Shown one piece after another: positions 53,812-63,088 of a stretch of DNA of 64,000 bases (positions are counted from its first letter, which is position 1; each line of letters begins with the position of its first letter). Source of the stretch: Clostridiaceae bacterium (GTDB lineage: Bacteria; Bacillota; Clostridia; Saccharofermentanales; UBA5734). A program made the position numbers and the translations under genes. The stretch is taken from the NCBI GenBank assembly GCA_012523135.1, contig JAAYJD010000058.1:8251-72250 (forward strand), given 5' to 3'. The notes under the pieces were generated by a model, which was not told the origin of the DNA, made no database searches, and was given only the letters and a program-made list of their open reading frames with translations.

Positions 53812-54669
53812 ATGAAAAAAGGCATCAGCATCTGGTCCTTTACCGGCCAACCCCTGGAGACATGCTTTCAACTGGCGCGCAAGGCCGGCTTTGATGGTGT
53901 CGAAGTCGCCCTGGACGAGCAAGGGCCGATCCACCTGGCATCGACCCGCCAGGATATGGCGGCCGTCCGGAACGCGGCCGACCGGCAAGGCGTCGACGTG
54001 ACCAGCGTCGCCAGCGGCCTCTACTGGACCTACTCCCTGACCGCGGACGAACCGGATGTCCGGGCCAAGGCCCGCTCGATCGTGGTGCAGCAGCTGCGGG
54101 TGGCTTCCTGGCTGGGCTGCGACACGATTCTGGTTCTGCCGGGCAGCGTGACCTGCGGGTTCGGCCCCCAGGCGCCAGTCGTTCCCTACGATGTCGCCTA
54201 TGACCGTTCCCTGGAGGCGCTGCACGCGCTGGCCCCGGTCGCCGCCGACCTCGGCGTCGCCATCGGCCTGGAAAACGTCTGGAACAACTTTCTGCTCTCC
54301 CCCCTGGAAATGCGCAGCCTGATCGACGCGATCGACAGCCCGGCGGTCGGCGCCTATTTCGATGTCGGCAATGTGCTGGCCTTCGGTTATCCGGAGCAGT
54401 GGATCCGTATCCTCGGGCCGCGCATCCGCAAGGTGCACATCAAGGACTTCCGCCGCGGCGTCGGCGGCTTGAACGGTTTCGTCGACCTGCTGGCCGGCGA
54501 CGTCGATTTCCCGGCGGTCATGGCCGCGCTCGCCGCCGTAGGCTACGACGACTATCTGACCGCCGAGATGTCGCCCTACCGGCTGTATCCCGAGACCATC
54601 CTCGTTAATACGTCATCGGCCATGGACCGGATCCTGGGCAGGACCGGCCTGGCTGACAAGGAGGTGTGA
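53812..54669 (+). CDS. Sugar phosphate isomerase/epimerase (xylose-isomerase-like TIM barrel)
   Basis: Trimmed to the ATG at 53812 (MKKGISIWSF; GGAGGTG upstream). Contains the segments GFDGVEV, IGLENVWN and YFDVGNV. Confidence 0.88.
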   Translation: MKKGISIWSFTGQPLETCFQLARKAGFDGVEVALDEQGPIHLASTRQDMAAVRNAADRQGVDVTSVASGLYWTYSLTADEPDVRAKARSIVVQQLRVASWLGCDTILVLPGSVTCGFGPQAPVVPYDVAYDRSLEALHALAPVAADLGVAIGLENVWNNFLLSPLEMRSLIDAIDSPAVGAYFDVGNVLAFGYPEQWIRILGPRIRKVHIKDFRRGVGGLNGFVDLLAGDVDFPAVMAALAAVGYDDYLTAEMSPYRLYPETILVNTSSAMDRILGRTGLADKEV

Positions 54670-54672
54670 TCC

Positions 54673-55704
54673 ATGCTGCATGTTGGGATGATCGGCTTTG
54701 GCGGCATCGCCCAGGCCCATCGGGCCGCTTACGAGAAGCTGGCCAGAGAATGTGCGCCCGTCAAGCTCCTGGCGGCCTGCGACATCGACCCGGAGCAATT
54801 CAAGCGGCGGATCGAGATCAACCTGGGGGCCGCGGATGTCGACCCCGCCTCGAAGCTCGCCTGCTACACCGATCTCGAGGAGATGCTCGCGCGCGTGCCG
54901 TTTGACCTGATCGACATCTGCCTGCCGACGCCCTTGCACGCCCCCTACGCGATCGACATGCTGCGGCGCGGCTACCACGTGCTGAGCGAAAAGCCGATGG
55001 CCCGGACGTCCGGTCTGTGCCAGGCGATGGTGGACGCAGCTTCCAAGGCCCGCGGCCAGCTCATGATCGGGCAATGCCTGCGCTTCTTCCCCCAGTACGA
55101 GTACCTGCGCGACCTGGTGCAGCAGGAAACCTACGGCAAGGCCATCAGCGCTGTCTTCGAACGGACCAGCGGCCCGCCGCGCTGGGCCTGGGAAAACTGG
55201 TTCATGGACTATGAACGCTCAGGCGGCTGCCTTTTGGACATGCATATTCACGATCTGGACATGGCCCGCGCCCTGTTCGGCGAGCCGGAAGCGGTTTCCT
55301 GCGTCACCCAGGATGTCCAGTCGCGCATGGATGTCGTCCACAGCACCCTCTATTACGGCGACGGCAAGCCGGTCTTCGCCCTGGGCGACTGGTCGATGGA
55401 AAGCTGCCCGTTCCAGCATGGCTACCGGATCGGCTTCGAAAAAGCCACCGTGATCTTTGACGGCAGCAAGGTCACCGTTTATCCGCGCGGCGGCGACAGC
55501 TTCGATGCCGACCTGCCGTACGAGCAGGGCGGCATCGAGCGCGAGATCCGCTACTTCACCGGCCTTTTGGAATCCGGCCGGCCAAACGAGATCAACCCGC
55601 CGCAGAGCGCCCTGCGCTCGGTCCTGCTGGCAGAGGCGCTGCGGGACAGCGCGCTGGCGGGCGGGACACGCGTCACGCTTAAAAACCAGGAGGTGAGCAG
55701 ATGA
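54673..55704 (+). CDS. Gfo/Idh/MocA family oxidoreductase
   Basis: 343 aa. Motifs VGMIGFGGIA and SEKPMA. Confidence 0.9.
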   Translation: MLHVGMIGFGGIAQAHRAAYEKLARECAPVKLLAACDIDPEQFKRRIEINLGAADVDPASKLACYTDLEEMLARVPFDLIDICLPTPLHAPYAIDMLRRGYHVLSEKPMARTSGLCQAMVDAASKARGQLMIGQCLRFFPQYEYLRDLVQQETYGKAISAVFERTSGPPRWAWENWFMDYERSGGCLLDMHIHDLDMARALFGEPEAVSCVTQDVQSRMDVVHSTLYYGDGKPVFALGDWSMESCPFQHGYRIGFEKATVIFDGSKVTVYPRGGDSFDADLPYEQGGIEREIRYFTGLLESGRPNEINPPQSALRSVLLAEALRDSALAGGTRVTLKNQEVSR

Positions 55705-56525
55705 AAATCGGATCTATTATCGGCTATCGTCCCGGCACGGACCTGGCGGCCGCCTTCGGTCAGGCGCGCCAGCTCGGCCTGGACAGCTGTCAGCTGAACA
55801 TCTGGGACAGCACACTCTTCAGCGAGGACCAGACCCAGGTCGTCCGGCAGGCCCAGGAGAAAACCGGGCTTGAAATTTCCGCCTTGTGGGCCGGCTGGAG
55901 CGGGCCGAAGGAATGGAACTTCACCGGCGGGCCGGCAACGCTCGGCCTCGTGCCCCCTGCCTACCGCGGCCAGCGTCTCCAGGAGCTGCTGGCGGCCAGC
56001 GCCTTCGCGGTTCACATCGGCGTCACGGATATCGTGACCCACGTCGGTTTTCTGCCGGAAAACCCGGACGACCCCAACTACTCGGGCGTCGTTTGCGCGC
56101 TGCGCCACCTGGCCCAGGTCATGCAGGGGCGCGGGCAGTTTTTCTTGTTTGAAACCGGCCAGGAAACACCGGTCACCCTGCTGCGCACCATGCAGGATAT
56201 CGGCACCGCCAATCTCGGTGTCAATTTCGACATGGCCAACTTGCTGCTGTACGGCAAGGCGAATCCGGCGGACGCACTGGACATCCTGGGTGCTTATGTG
56301 CGCGGGGTTCACTGCAAAGACGGCGAGTACCCGACCGACGGCCGGCGTCTCGGCCATGAAAAGGCGCTGGGCCAGGGTCGCGTCGACCTGGCGCAGATCA
56401 TCCGTAAGCTCAAAGAGATCAACTACCAGGGTCACTTGACCATCGAGCGGGAGATTTCCGGACCAGAGCAAATCCGGGACATCCAGGCGGCCCGCGACCT
56501 GCTGCTGCAGCTGCAGGGGGCCTGA
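55701..56525 (+). CDS. Sugar phosphate isomerase/epimerase (xylose-isomerase-like TIM barrel)
   Basis: 274 aa with an ATGA overlap with the Gfo gene. Contains the segments FLFETGQE, NFDMANLL and VHCKDG. Confidence 0.85.
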   Translation: MKIGSIIGYRPGTDLAAAFGQARQLGLDSCQLNIWDSTLFSEDQTQVVRQAQEKTGLEISALWAGWSGPKEWNFTGGPATLGLVPPAYRGQRLQELLAASAFAVHIGVTDIVTHVGFLPENPDDPNYSGVVCALRHLAQVMQGRGQFFLFETGQETPVTLLRTMQDIGTANLGVNFDMANLLLYGKANPADALDILGAYVRGVHCKDGEYPTDGRRLGHEKALGQGRVDLAQIIRKLKEINYQGHLTIEREISGPEQIRDIQAARDLLLQLQGA

Positions 56526-56538
56526 CAGGGAGGTTGCC

Positions 56539-57243
56539 ATGCGCGTACTCGCAATCGGGTGTCATCCCGATGATCTGGAAATAGGCTGTTTCGGAACATT
56601 GGCCCGCTGCGTGCAGCGCGGCGATACCGTCACCATCTGCCACATCGCCAACGGCAGCCGCGGCCATGTGCTGATCGACCCGGTCAGCCTGCGTGAAATC
56701 CGGCTGGAAGAGGCCCGGGAAGCCGGGCGGCGGATCGGGGCCCAGGTCCTGACGCTGGACGTTCCGGACCTGGAAGTCAACAGCCGGGACCCGGAACAGA
56801 TCAAGGCCCTGACCGAAGTCGTCCGTAAGGTCAAGCCGGACCTGGTCATCACCCACAGCCCGCAGGACTACATGCAGGATCACCTGGAGGTCCAGAAACT
56901 GGCCTTCGACGCCAGTTTTTCCGCCAGCATCTGGAACCAGCAGGACCGGGCGGCCGGCGTCGCCGCCATCACGCCGCTGTATTACATGGATACGCTGGCC
57001 GGCGTCAATTTTCTGCCCGGCGAATATGTCGATATCTCGGATGTCATCGACATCAAGCTGGAAGCGCTCGGCTGCCACCACAGCCAGATCGACTGGATGC
57101 GGGATCACGATAAGATCGATTTTATCGATTTCGTCGCGACCTGCTCCAAGTTCCGCGGCCTGCAGTGCGGTGTCCGCTATGCCGAAGGCTTCCAGAGCGC
57201 GGCGGTCTGGCCGCGCCTGCCGACGAGCCGGCTGCTGCCCTGA
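56539..57243 (+). CDS. PIG-L/LmbE family N-acetyl-sugar deacetylase
   Basis: 234 aa. N-terminus [20 protein letters not shown], followed by a later [10 protein letters not shown] segment. Confidence 0.88.
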   Translation: MRVLAIGCHPDDLEIGCFGTLARCVQRGDTVTICHIANGSRGHVLIDPVSLREIRLEEAREAGRRIGAQVLTLDVPDLEVNSRDPEQIKALTEVVRKVKPDLVITHSPQDYMQDHLEVQKLAFDASFSASIWNQQDRAAGVAAITPLYYMDTLAGVNFLPGEYVDISDVIDIKLEALGCHHSQIDWMRDHDKIDFIDFVATCSKFRGLQCGVRYAEGFQSAAVWPRLPTSRLLP

Positions 57244-57269
57244 GGCATCCGAAGAGGAGGAACCGTCAC

Positions 57270-58220
57270 ATGGACTTTATCACAACCGTCAAGGGATCGC
57301 TGCTGGAATCCTTCTACCCCGCCGGCTGGGATATGGCCCGCATCGACCGATGTGCCAGCCACCCGCCGGAAACAGTCACCGAGCGGCAAAGCTGGTGGCA
57401 CGACCGGTTCACACCGATCCCCTGCGCCACGCTCTCTGATTTCGACACCCTGATGGGGCATGAAATTGCCTGGACCATCCGCCAGGCGCGCGAAGAAGGC
57501 GTTCCCCTGGCCATGATTTTGCCGGTCGGCCCGATGGGCATGTACCGCTGGGCCGTCTTTTTCCTGCGCGAATGGGGTGTCCGCTGCGGCCATGTCCATG
57601 GTTTCAACATGGACGAATGGTCGGACGGCGAGGGGAACACCTTACCGCCCGACAACCCCGGCGCGTTTCAGAACGCTATGGAGGCCGCCTTCTACGGGCC
57701 GCTGGGGGATCTGACCGTTCCGCCCGCCCAGCGCCATTTTGCCACCTCCGGGGAACTGCCCCGCTATGCCGGCCAGATCGCCGAGCTCAAACGGCAGGGG
57801 GCGCGGCTGGTCACGGTCTTCGGCATCGGCCGCATGTGCCACATCGCCTTCTGGGAACCCCATTTCGCCTCCGAATTCGATCAAGAAGCCGACTGGATGC
57901 GCCAGACCCACCGGCTGGGGGCCCAGCTCCACCCCTTGACGATCGAGCAGAACGCGATCACATCGTTCAAGAGCCGGACCACGCTGGTGCCCTGCCGGGC
58001 CAACACGGTCGGCCCCGGACTCTTCCTGCAGTCGGATTGGATCATCGGCGGCGCGGACGGCGTTCTGGGGCGGGGCATGCAATGGCAGGGCCTGTCGCTG
58101 TGGATGACGCTGCGCTACGGGCCGGACATCTGGGTGCCGTCCTCCTACATGCCGACAAGGCCCGGCAAGCTCTTCTTCCTCAGCGAGCTCGCCGGACCTC
58201 TGGTCGCGGAATGCAACTGA
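57270..58220 (+). CDS. Glucosamine-6-phosphate isomerase/deaminase (NagB)-family-like protein, long form
   Basis: Trimmed to the ATG at 57270 (MDFITTVKG; GAGGAGGA upstream). Contains LPVGPMGMY ... GFNMDEW, which resembles the NagB LPTGxTP ... FNLDEY pattern. Confidence 0.65.
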   Translation: MDFITTVKGSLLESFYPAGWDMARIDRCASHPPETVTERQSWWHDRFTPIPCATLSDFDTLMGHEIAWTIRQAREEGVPLAMILPVGPMGMYRWAVFFLREWGVRCGHVHGFNMDEWSDGEGNTLPPDNPGAFQNAMEAAFYGPLGDLTVPPAQRHFATSGELPRYAGQIAELKRQGARLVTVFGIGRMCHIAFWEPHFASEFDQEADWMRQTHRLGAQLHPLTIEQNAITSFKSRTTLVPCRANTVGPGLFLQSDWIIGGADGVLGRGMQWQGLSLWMTLRYGPDIWVPSSYMPTRPGKLFFLSELAGPLVAECN

Positions 58221-58261
58221 CGCGTCTTGATCGCGGCTTTTTTAGGGACTGTCCATCAATA

Positions 58262-58337
58262 AGTTGCTCGATAGATTCTCCGAGAGATGAACCAGATTTG
58301 TCAATCTCTCGGAGAAAAGAGCAACTCATTTATTTTT
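58262..58337 (+). terminator. Long hairpin terminator between convergent operons (possibly bidirectional)
   Basis: Outer stem AGTTGCTC / GAGCAACT and inner stem TTCTCCGAGAGAT / ATCTCTCGGAGAA with a 15-nt loop, followed by TTTATTTTT on the plus strand. The T-tract on the minus strand is weaker. Confidence 0.7.
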
Positions 58338-58358
58338 GCAGTCCCTTTGAACAGTCCT

Positions 58359-60845
58359 TTAAACAAACAAATTGGTGTCGGATCGTTCGGCCGCGCCCAG
58401 CATCGTGGCGACACCGCCGATTTCGACGCCTGGCATCAATTCCTCCGGCTTGATGCCCATGACATCCATGGACATTTGGCAGGCGACCATGCGGATGCCG
58501 TTCGCAAGGCCTGTTTCGATCAGCTCCTCCAGCGAGGCAACGTTCTTGTGCTTCATGACCTGCCGGATCATCTGGCTGCCCAGGCCGGCCATGTTCATGC
58601 GCGAAAGACCAAGCTTGCGGCTGCCGCGCGGCATCATCCAGCCGAACATTTTCTCGATCGCCGTTTTCCTGACCGCGACCCGGTGGCTGCGCCGCAGCAC
58701 GTTAAGGCCCCAGAACGTGAAGAAGATGGTCACTTTCCGGCCCATGGACGCGGCGCCGTTGGCGATGATCATGGCCGCGATCGCCTTGTCCAGGTCGCCG
58801 CTGAACAGGACGATCGATTTGTCGTTGCCGCCACCGGCAGGCGCATCGGCCTGCTCCTCGCCCTTGATGATGCTGGCCGTGTAAATGCCGCCTTTGACGG
58901 CGAGATCTTCCAGGCGGTGACCGGTCCGTTCGCACCAGACAACGACATCCGACGCGAAACCGGGGTCGGTGGCCGCGACGGTCAGGCGGTCGCCGGGCTC
59001 GATCTGGCGAATGCCTTCCGCCAGCTTCAGGATCGGGCCGGGGCACTGCAGGCCGCCGGCATCGAGGGCTAGCGTGCGCTGGGGACGGGCGGCCTTTGCC
59101 GGGCTGCTTTCGGGGATCGGGCAATAGACCAGCTTTTCGCCTTCGCCTTCGTTGACGGGCTGACCGAAGCAGTCGAAGGGGATCTCTGCCGACTGGTCCA
59201 TCACGACAGTGTGGTAGAGCTTGTAGCCGCCGCTCAAGTTGTAGACCTGCCCGTAACCGAGCTGAGTCAGGATCCGGGCCGCCAGGTAGCCGCGCAGGCC
59301 GACCTGGCACAGGATGTAGATCTTCTTGTCTTTCGGCAGCTCCTGGATGCGCTGGCGGATTTCGTCGAGCGGGATGTTGATCGCTTCGTTGATCGACCCC
59401 AGGGCGAACTCCTCGGGTGTGCGCACGTCGACCAGCAGCGCCTCTGTCATGTCCAGGCCGGCGACATCGTGGTAATGGAACACCTTGACATCGCCCTTGA
59501 TGATGTTGTGCGCGGTGAACCCGAGCATGTTGACCGGGTCCTTGGCGGAGGAGTAGGGCGGCGCGTATGCCAGCTCCAGCTTCTCCAGATCCATGACCGT
59601 CGCGCCCAGCCGCTGGGCTGTCGCCAGCACATCGATGCGCTTCTCGACGCCGTTGACCCCGACGGCCTGAGCGCCCAGGATACGGCCGCTCGCGGGGTCG
59701 AAGAGCATTTTCAGGGACATCTGGATGGCGCCCGGGTAATAGCCGGCGTGATCGAGCGGATGCACATACGTTTTCTCGTAGGGAATCTGGTCGCGCTTGA
59801 GCTGTTTCTCGTTGAGGCCGGTGCTGGCCGCGGTCATATCGAAGACCTTGAGGACAGCCGTTCCCTGAACGCCCTCGAAGACGCTGTCCCGGCCGGCGAT
59901 GTTCTCGGCTGCGATCCGGCCCTGCTTGTTGGCAGGCCCGGCCAGCGGGATCAGGCCAGGCTGGCCGGTGACCAGGTTCTCGATCTGGATGGCGTCGCCG
60001 ACGGCGTAGATATCCGGGTCGGATGTGCGCAGGTGGCGATCCACCTTGATGCTGCCGCCGATGCCCAGTTCGAGGCCGGCGCCCTTGGCCAGGCGGCTGT
60101 CCGGAGCGATCCCGATGCAGAAGATGACCAGGTCGGTGTCCAGCGTGTGACCGGTCGTCAGGCGCACCTGCAGCCGGCCGTCCGCGTTGCGGGCAAACCC
60201 GGCGGCACCGGTGCGGAACAGCAAATTCAGGCCCTTCAGGCGCATATGCTGGTGCAGGAACGCCGCCATGTCGGCGTCCATGGACGCGACAACCTGGTCG
60301 GTAAACTCAACCAGGGCGACATCAATGCCGCGGTCTTTCAGGTTCTCGGCCATCTCAACGCCGATGAAGCCACCCCCGATGACCACGACGTTGCGCACGG
60401 CATGCTTGTCGATATATTCATGGATGCGGAAGGTGTCCGGAACCGTCCGCAAGGTGAAGATACCCTCCAGGTCCAGACCCTCGATCGGCGGTCGTTTCGG
60501 TTCGGCACCGGGGGAGAGGACCAGCTTGTCATAGGTTTCCGTATAAACGTGCCCGGTCCGGTGGTCCTGGATGCGAACCACATGTGCCATGGGATCGATC
60601 GCAAGGGCTTCGTTCAGGACGCGGACATCGAGGTTGAATCGGGCGCGCATCGCCTCCGGTGTCTGGACGAACAGCGCGTCTTTTTCCTTGATCACGTTGC
60701 CGATGTAATAGGGCAGGCCACAGTTCGCGTAGGAAATGTACTCGCCCTTTTCCAGCAGGATGATTTCCGCCTTTTCGTCGAGCCTGCGCAAGCGGGCTGC
60801 CGCGGATGCGCCCCCGGCGACACCGCCGATCACGATAACCTTCAT
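58359..60845 (-). CDS. Four-domain sulfur-transfer flavoenzyme: CoA-disulfide/persulfide reductase, rhodanese, TusA(SirA)-like and DsrE-like
   Basis: 828 aa. FAD motif GGVAGGASAA, redox Cys in SYANCGLPYY, rhodanese active-site loop CQVGLRG, TusA motif LQCPGPIL, and a C-terminal DsrE/DsrF-like region (IVLFSGDLDKAIAA ... FFTFWGL). Confidence 0.85.
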   Translation of the reverse strand: MKVIVIGGVAGGASAAARLRRLDEKAEIILLEKGEYISYANCGLPYYIGNVIKEKDALFVQTPEAMRARFNLDVRVLNEALAIDPMAHVVRIQDHRTGHVYTETYDKLVLSPGAEPKRPPIEGLDLEGIFTLRTVPDTFRIHEYIDKHAVRNVVVIGGGFIGVEMAENLKDRGIDVALVEFTDQVVASMDADMAAFLHQHMRLKGLNLLFRTGAAGFARNADGRLQVRLTTGHTLDTDLVIFCIGIAPDSRLAKGAGLELGIGGSIKVDRHLRTSDPDIYAVGDAIQIENLVTGQPGLIPLAGPANKQGRIAAENIAGRDSVFEGVQGTAVLKVFDMTAASTGLNEKQLKRDQIPYEKTYVHPLDHAGYYPGAIQMSLKMLFDPASGRILGAQAVGVNGVEKRIDVLATAQRLGATVMDLEKLELAYAPPYSSAKDPVNMLGFTAHNIIKGDVKVFHYHDVAGLDMTEALLVDVRTPEEFALGSINEAINIPLDEIRQRIQELPKDKKIYILCQVGLRGYLAARILTQLGYGQVYNLSGGYKLYHTVVMDQSAEIPFDCFGQPVNEGEGEKLVYCPIPESSPAKAARPQRTLALDAGGLQCPGPILKLAEGIRQIEPGDRLTVAATDPGFASDVVVWCERTGHRLEDLAVKGGIYTASIIKGEEQADAPAGGGNDKSIVLFSGDLDKAIAAMIIANGAASMGRKVTIFFTFWGLNVLRRSHRVAVRKTAIEKMFGWMMPRGSRKLGLSRMNMAGLGSQMIRQVMKHKNVASLEELIETGLANGIRMVACQMSMDVMGIKPEELMPGVEIGGVATMLGAAERSDTNLFV

Positions 60846-60949
60846 GTCATCACCTTAGCCTTTCACATAAATAGACCCGCTCAGCTTAGCTGAAACGGCT
60901 CTTTCTTTCCGTGACTATGTGACACAAAGCATTTCCCGAGTGTCTCGAA

Positions 60950-62146
60950 TCAGGCGATGACCTCCAGCCAGAGGCTTTTCAGGTAGTGGGATTCCGGATA
61001 GCTGCCCAGGACGGGGTGATCGAAATCCTGGCGGTGCACGGCCAGGATGCGGACGGTCCGGCGCGCGTCCCAGGCCGCTTCCAGGACGGTCTCGATGAAC
61101 ATCGCCTCAGGCATGTGGTAGGAACAGGAGTGCGTCACCAGGATGCCGCCGGGACCGAGCAGCCGGAAGGCGCTCAGGTTGATCTCCTTGTACCCGCGCC
61201 GGGCGGCGTCGCGCGCACCATGGCTCTTGGTAAAGGCGGGCGGGTCGAGCACGATGGTGTCGTAGGCCCGCTTCTCGGTGACCGCCTGGCGCAGGAAATC
61301 GAACGCGTTGGCCAAAGCAAACTGCATCTTGTCCGCCAGGCCGTTGCGCTCGGCGTTCGCCCGGGCCAGGATCAGCGCCTCGGGCGAGATGTCCACCGCC
61401 GTGACCGCCGCGGCACCGGCCGCAGCCGCGTTGAGGGCAAAACCGCCGCTGTAGCAAAAGGCGTCGAGCACACGCCGGTTGGCGGCAAAACGGCGCAGCC
61501 GGAGATGGTTGGCTTTCTGGTCGAGAAAATAGCCCGTTTTCTGGCCCTGGCCAAGGTCCGCCTGCATGAGCAGGCCGTTCTCCCGGATGGTCACCTGGCG
61601 GACAAGGTCGCCCAGCCAGGCGCGCTGTTCGAGCGGCAAGCCTTCCTTAAGCCGGATCGGGTCGTCGTTTTTCAAGATCAGGCGCGCCGGTCGCAGCTTC
61701 TCCGCCAGGCAGGCGGCGGCGGTTTCCTGCCAGCGCGCCATGCCCAGGGCCAGCACTTGCAAAACCAGCGTGTCGCCGAACTGGTCGACGATCAGGCCCG
61801 GCAGGCGGTCCGCCTCGGCGAAAACAAGCCGGTAGCTGTCGGTATCCGGACGCCGGTTGGCCGCGCGGAAGGCGAGCGCTGCTTCGATGCGCCGTTCGAT
61901 CAGCGTCTCGTCAAGCACCTCGTGCTGGTGCGTCAGCAAACGGATGGTGATCATGGAATTCGAGTTAAAGAAACCGCTGCCCAGATAACGTCCCCGGCTG
62001 TCGTGCACGGACACCAGGCTGCCGGGCTCAACCGCTGGCATGGCGGCCAGGTCGCCGGCTGCCGGATCGATCTGGTTGCGATAAACCCAGGGGTGACCGG
62101 AGGCAGCGGCCTTTTGCGTGCCCGGGCGCAGCCAGACCTGGATCAT
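60950..62146 (-). CDS. rlmI: Class I SAM-dependent 23S rRNA (cytosine-C5) methyltransferase, RlmI-like (PUA plus MTase)
   Basis: 398 aa. N-terminal PUA-like region (HPWVYRNQI), SAM-binding CYSGGFAL, and LDPPAF. Confidence 0.85.
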   Translation of the reverse strand: MIQVWLRPGTQKAAASGHPWVYRNQIDPAAGDLAAMPAVEPGSLVSVHDSRGRYLGSGFFNSNSMITIRLLTHQHEVLDETLIERRIEAALAFRAANRRPDTDSYRLVFAEADRLPGLIVDQFGDTLVLQVLALGMARWQETAAACLAEKLRPARLILKNDDPIRLKEGLPLEQRAWLGDLVRQVTIRENGLLMQADLGQGQKTGYFLDQKANHLRLRRFAANRRVLDAFCYSGGFALNAAAAGAAAVTAVDISPEALILARANAERNGLADKMQFALANAFDFLRQAVTEKRAYDTIVLDPPAFTKSHGARDAARRGYKEINLSAFRLLGPGGILVTHSCSYHMPEAMFIETVLEAAWDARRTVRILAVHRQDFDHPVLGSYPESHYLKSLWLEVIA

Positions 62147-62970
62147 GAGCCGATGTGCTCGCGCGGTGCGCGCGGCGAACGCGCCCCGCCGTGCTGCAGA
62201 CGGAAAATCAGACTGAGCAAGCGATGGCGATGGCGGTCCTGGTACCAGCGGTGGCTGTGCGGCTGCAAGGTCCGGTCTGCCGGATAAAACAAGCGGTGCT
62301 GCCCGGTTGACAGCAACAGGACGCCGAGCGTGCCGCCGCTGAATTTGCCGAGAAAGTTGACCACTCCGGCGCCGCAGGACGCGATTTCCTCGGCTTCCTG
62401 CATCCTGGTCACGATGATCAGCATGTTGCGCCGGGAACGGTTTGCAGTCTGGCTGCGGATATAGCGGATGCAGTCCTGGAGCAGCTGGTCGATCACAAAG
62501 ACATTGAGCGGTTCATGCTGCACGATCAAGACGCGGTCGTAACGGTAACGCTGCAGAAAGGCCAGCAGGTGCTTGCGGGCATAGACCCGGCCGATCAGGT
62601 GGCTGTCGGTTTCCAGGAAATAGCGCTTGGCCAGCAGGACCGCTTCATAGTCCACCAGCAGGGCTTCGGTCGGTATATCCTTCTTGTTCAGCTTGTAGCG
62701 GGTTCGCTTCATCAGGCGCTTGAGGCTGCCCAGGTTGCCGGGGTCATAGCGCTCCAGGTCGTAGGTGGACAGAACATGGCTGATCGTAATCACGCAGAGC
62801 AGCACATAGGTGATGCCGATGATGCGGATCAGCCAGTAGATGAAACGTGAGGTCTGGACGATCGGAACGGCGCCCAGGCGGCCATACAGCCAATAAAGGA
62901 CAAAGCCGAACAACGCCAGGTATAAAACAGGCAAAAGAACGTCGCGCCGCAGCCAGTGGCGACCTTTCAC
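62143..62970 (-). CDS. Hypothetical membrane protein (2 N-terminal TM plus a cytoplasmic domain)
   Basis: 275 aa. GTG start with AGGAGGTG upstream. ATGA overlap with rlmI. I recognise no motif. Confidence 0.6.
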   Translation of the reverse strand: MKGRHWLRRDVLLPVLYLALFGFVLYWLYGRLGAVPIVQTSRFIYWLIRIIGITYVLLCVITISHVLSTYDLERYDPGNLGSLKRLMKRTRYKLNKKDIPTEALLVDYEAVLLAKRYFLETDSHLIGRVYARKHLLAFLQRYRYDRVLIVQHEPLNVFVIDQLLQDCIRYIRSQTANRSRRNMLIIVTRMQEAEEIASCGAGVVNFLGKFSGGTLGVLLLSTGQHRLFYPADRTLQPHSHRWYQDRHRHRLLSLIFRLQHGGARSPRAPREHIGS

Positions 62971-62988
62971 GATCCACCTCCTTCCGAC

Positions 62989-63022
62989 AAAAAGCCGGAT
63001 TCTTGCTTTTTTGCAAGAATCC
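62989..63022 (-). terminator. Rho-independent terminator after htrA
   Basis: Perfect 10-bp stem GGATTCTTGC / GCAAGAATCC with a 6-nt loop. On the minus strand it is followed by a CTTTTTG tract. Confidence 0.8.
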
Positions 63023-63088
63023 GTCTCTCTTATCGTTCGCTGGCCCTCATTTTACCATGAAGCCGCCAACGCAACAAGGCAAGGGGCT

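Noticed and set aside
60846-60949. GTGAC-TAT-GTGAC direct repeat upstream of the CoADR fusion gene, considered as a regulator site.
   Set aside because: Five-nt repeats are expected by chance. Only the 13-bp perfect palindrome nearby seemed worth mentioning.
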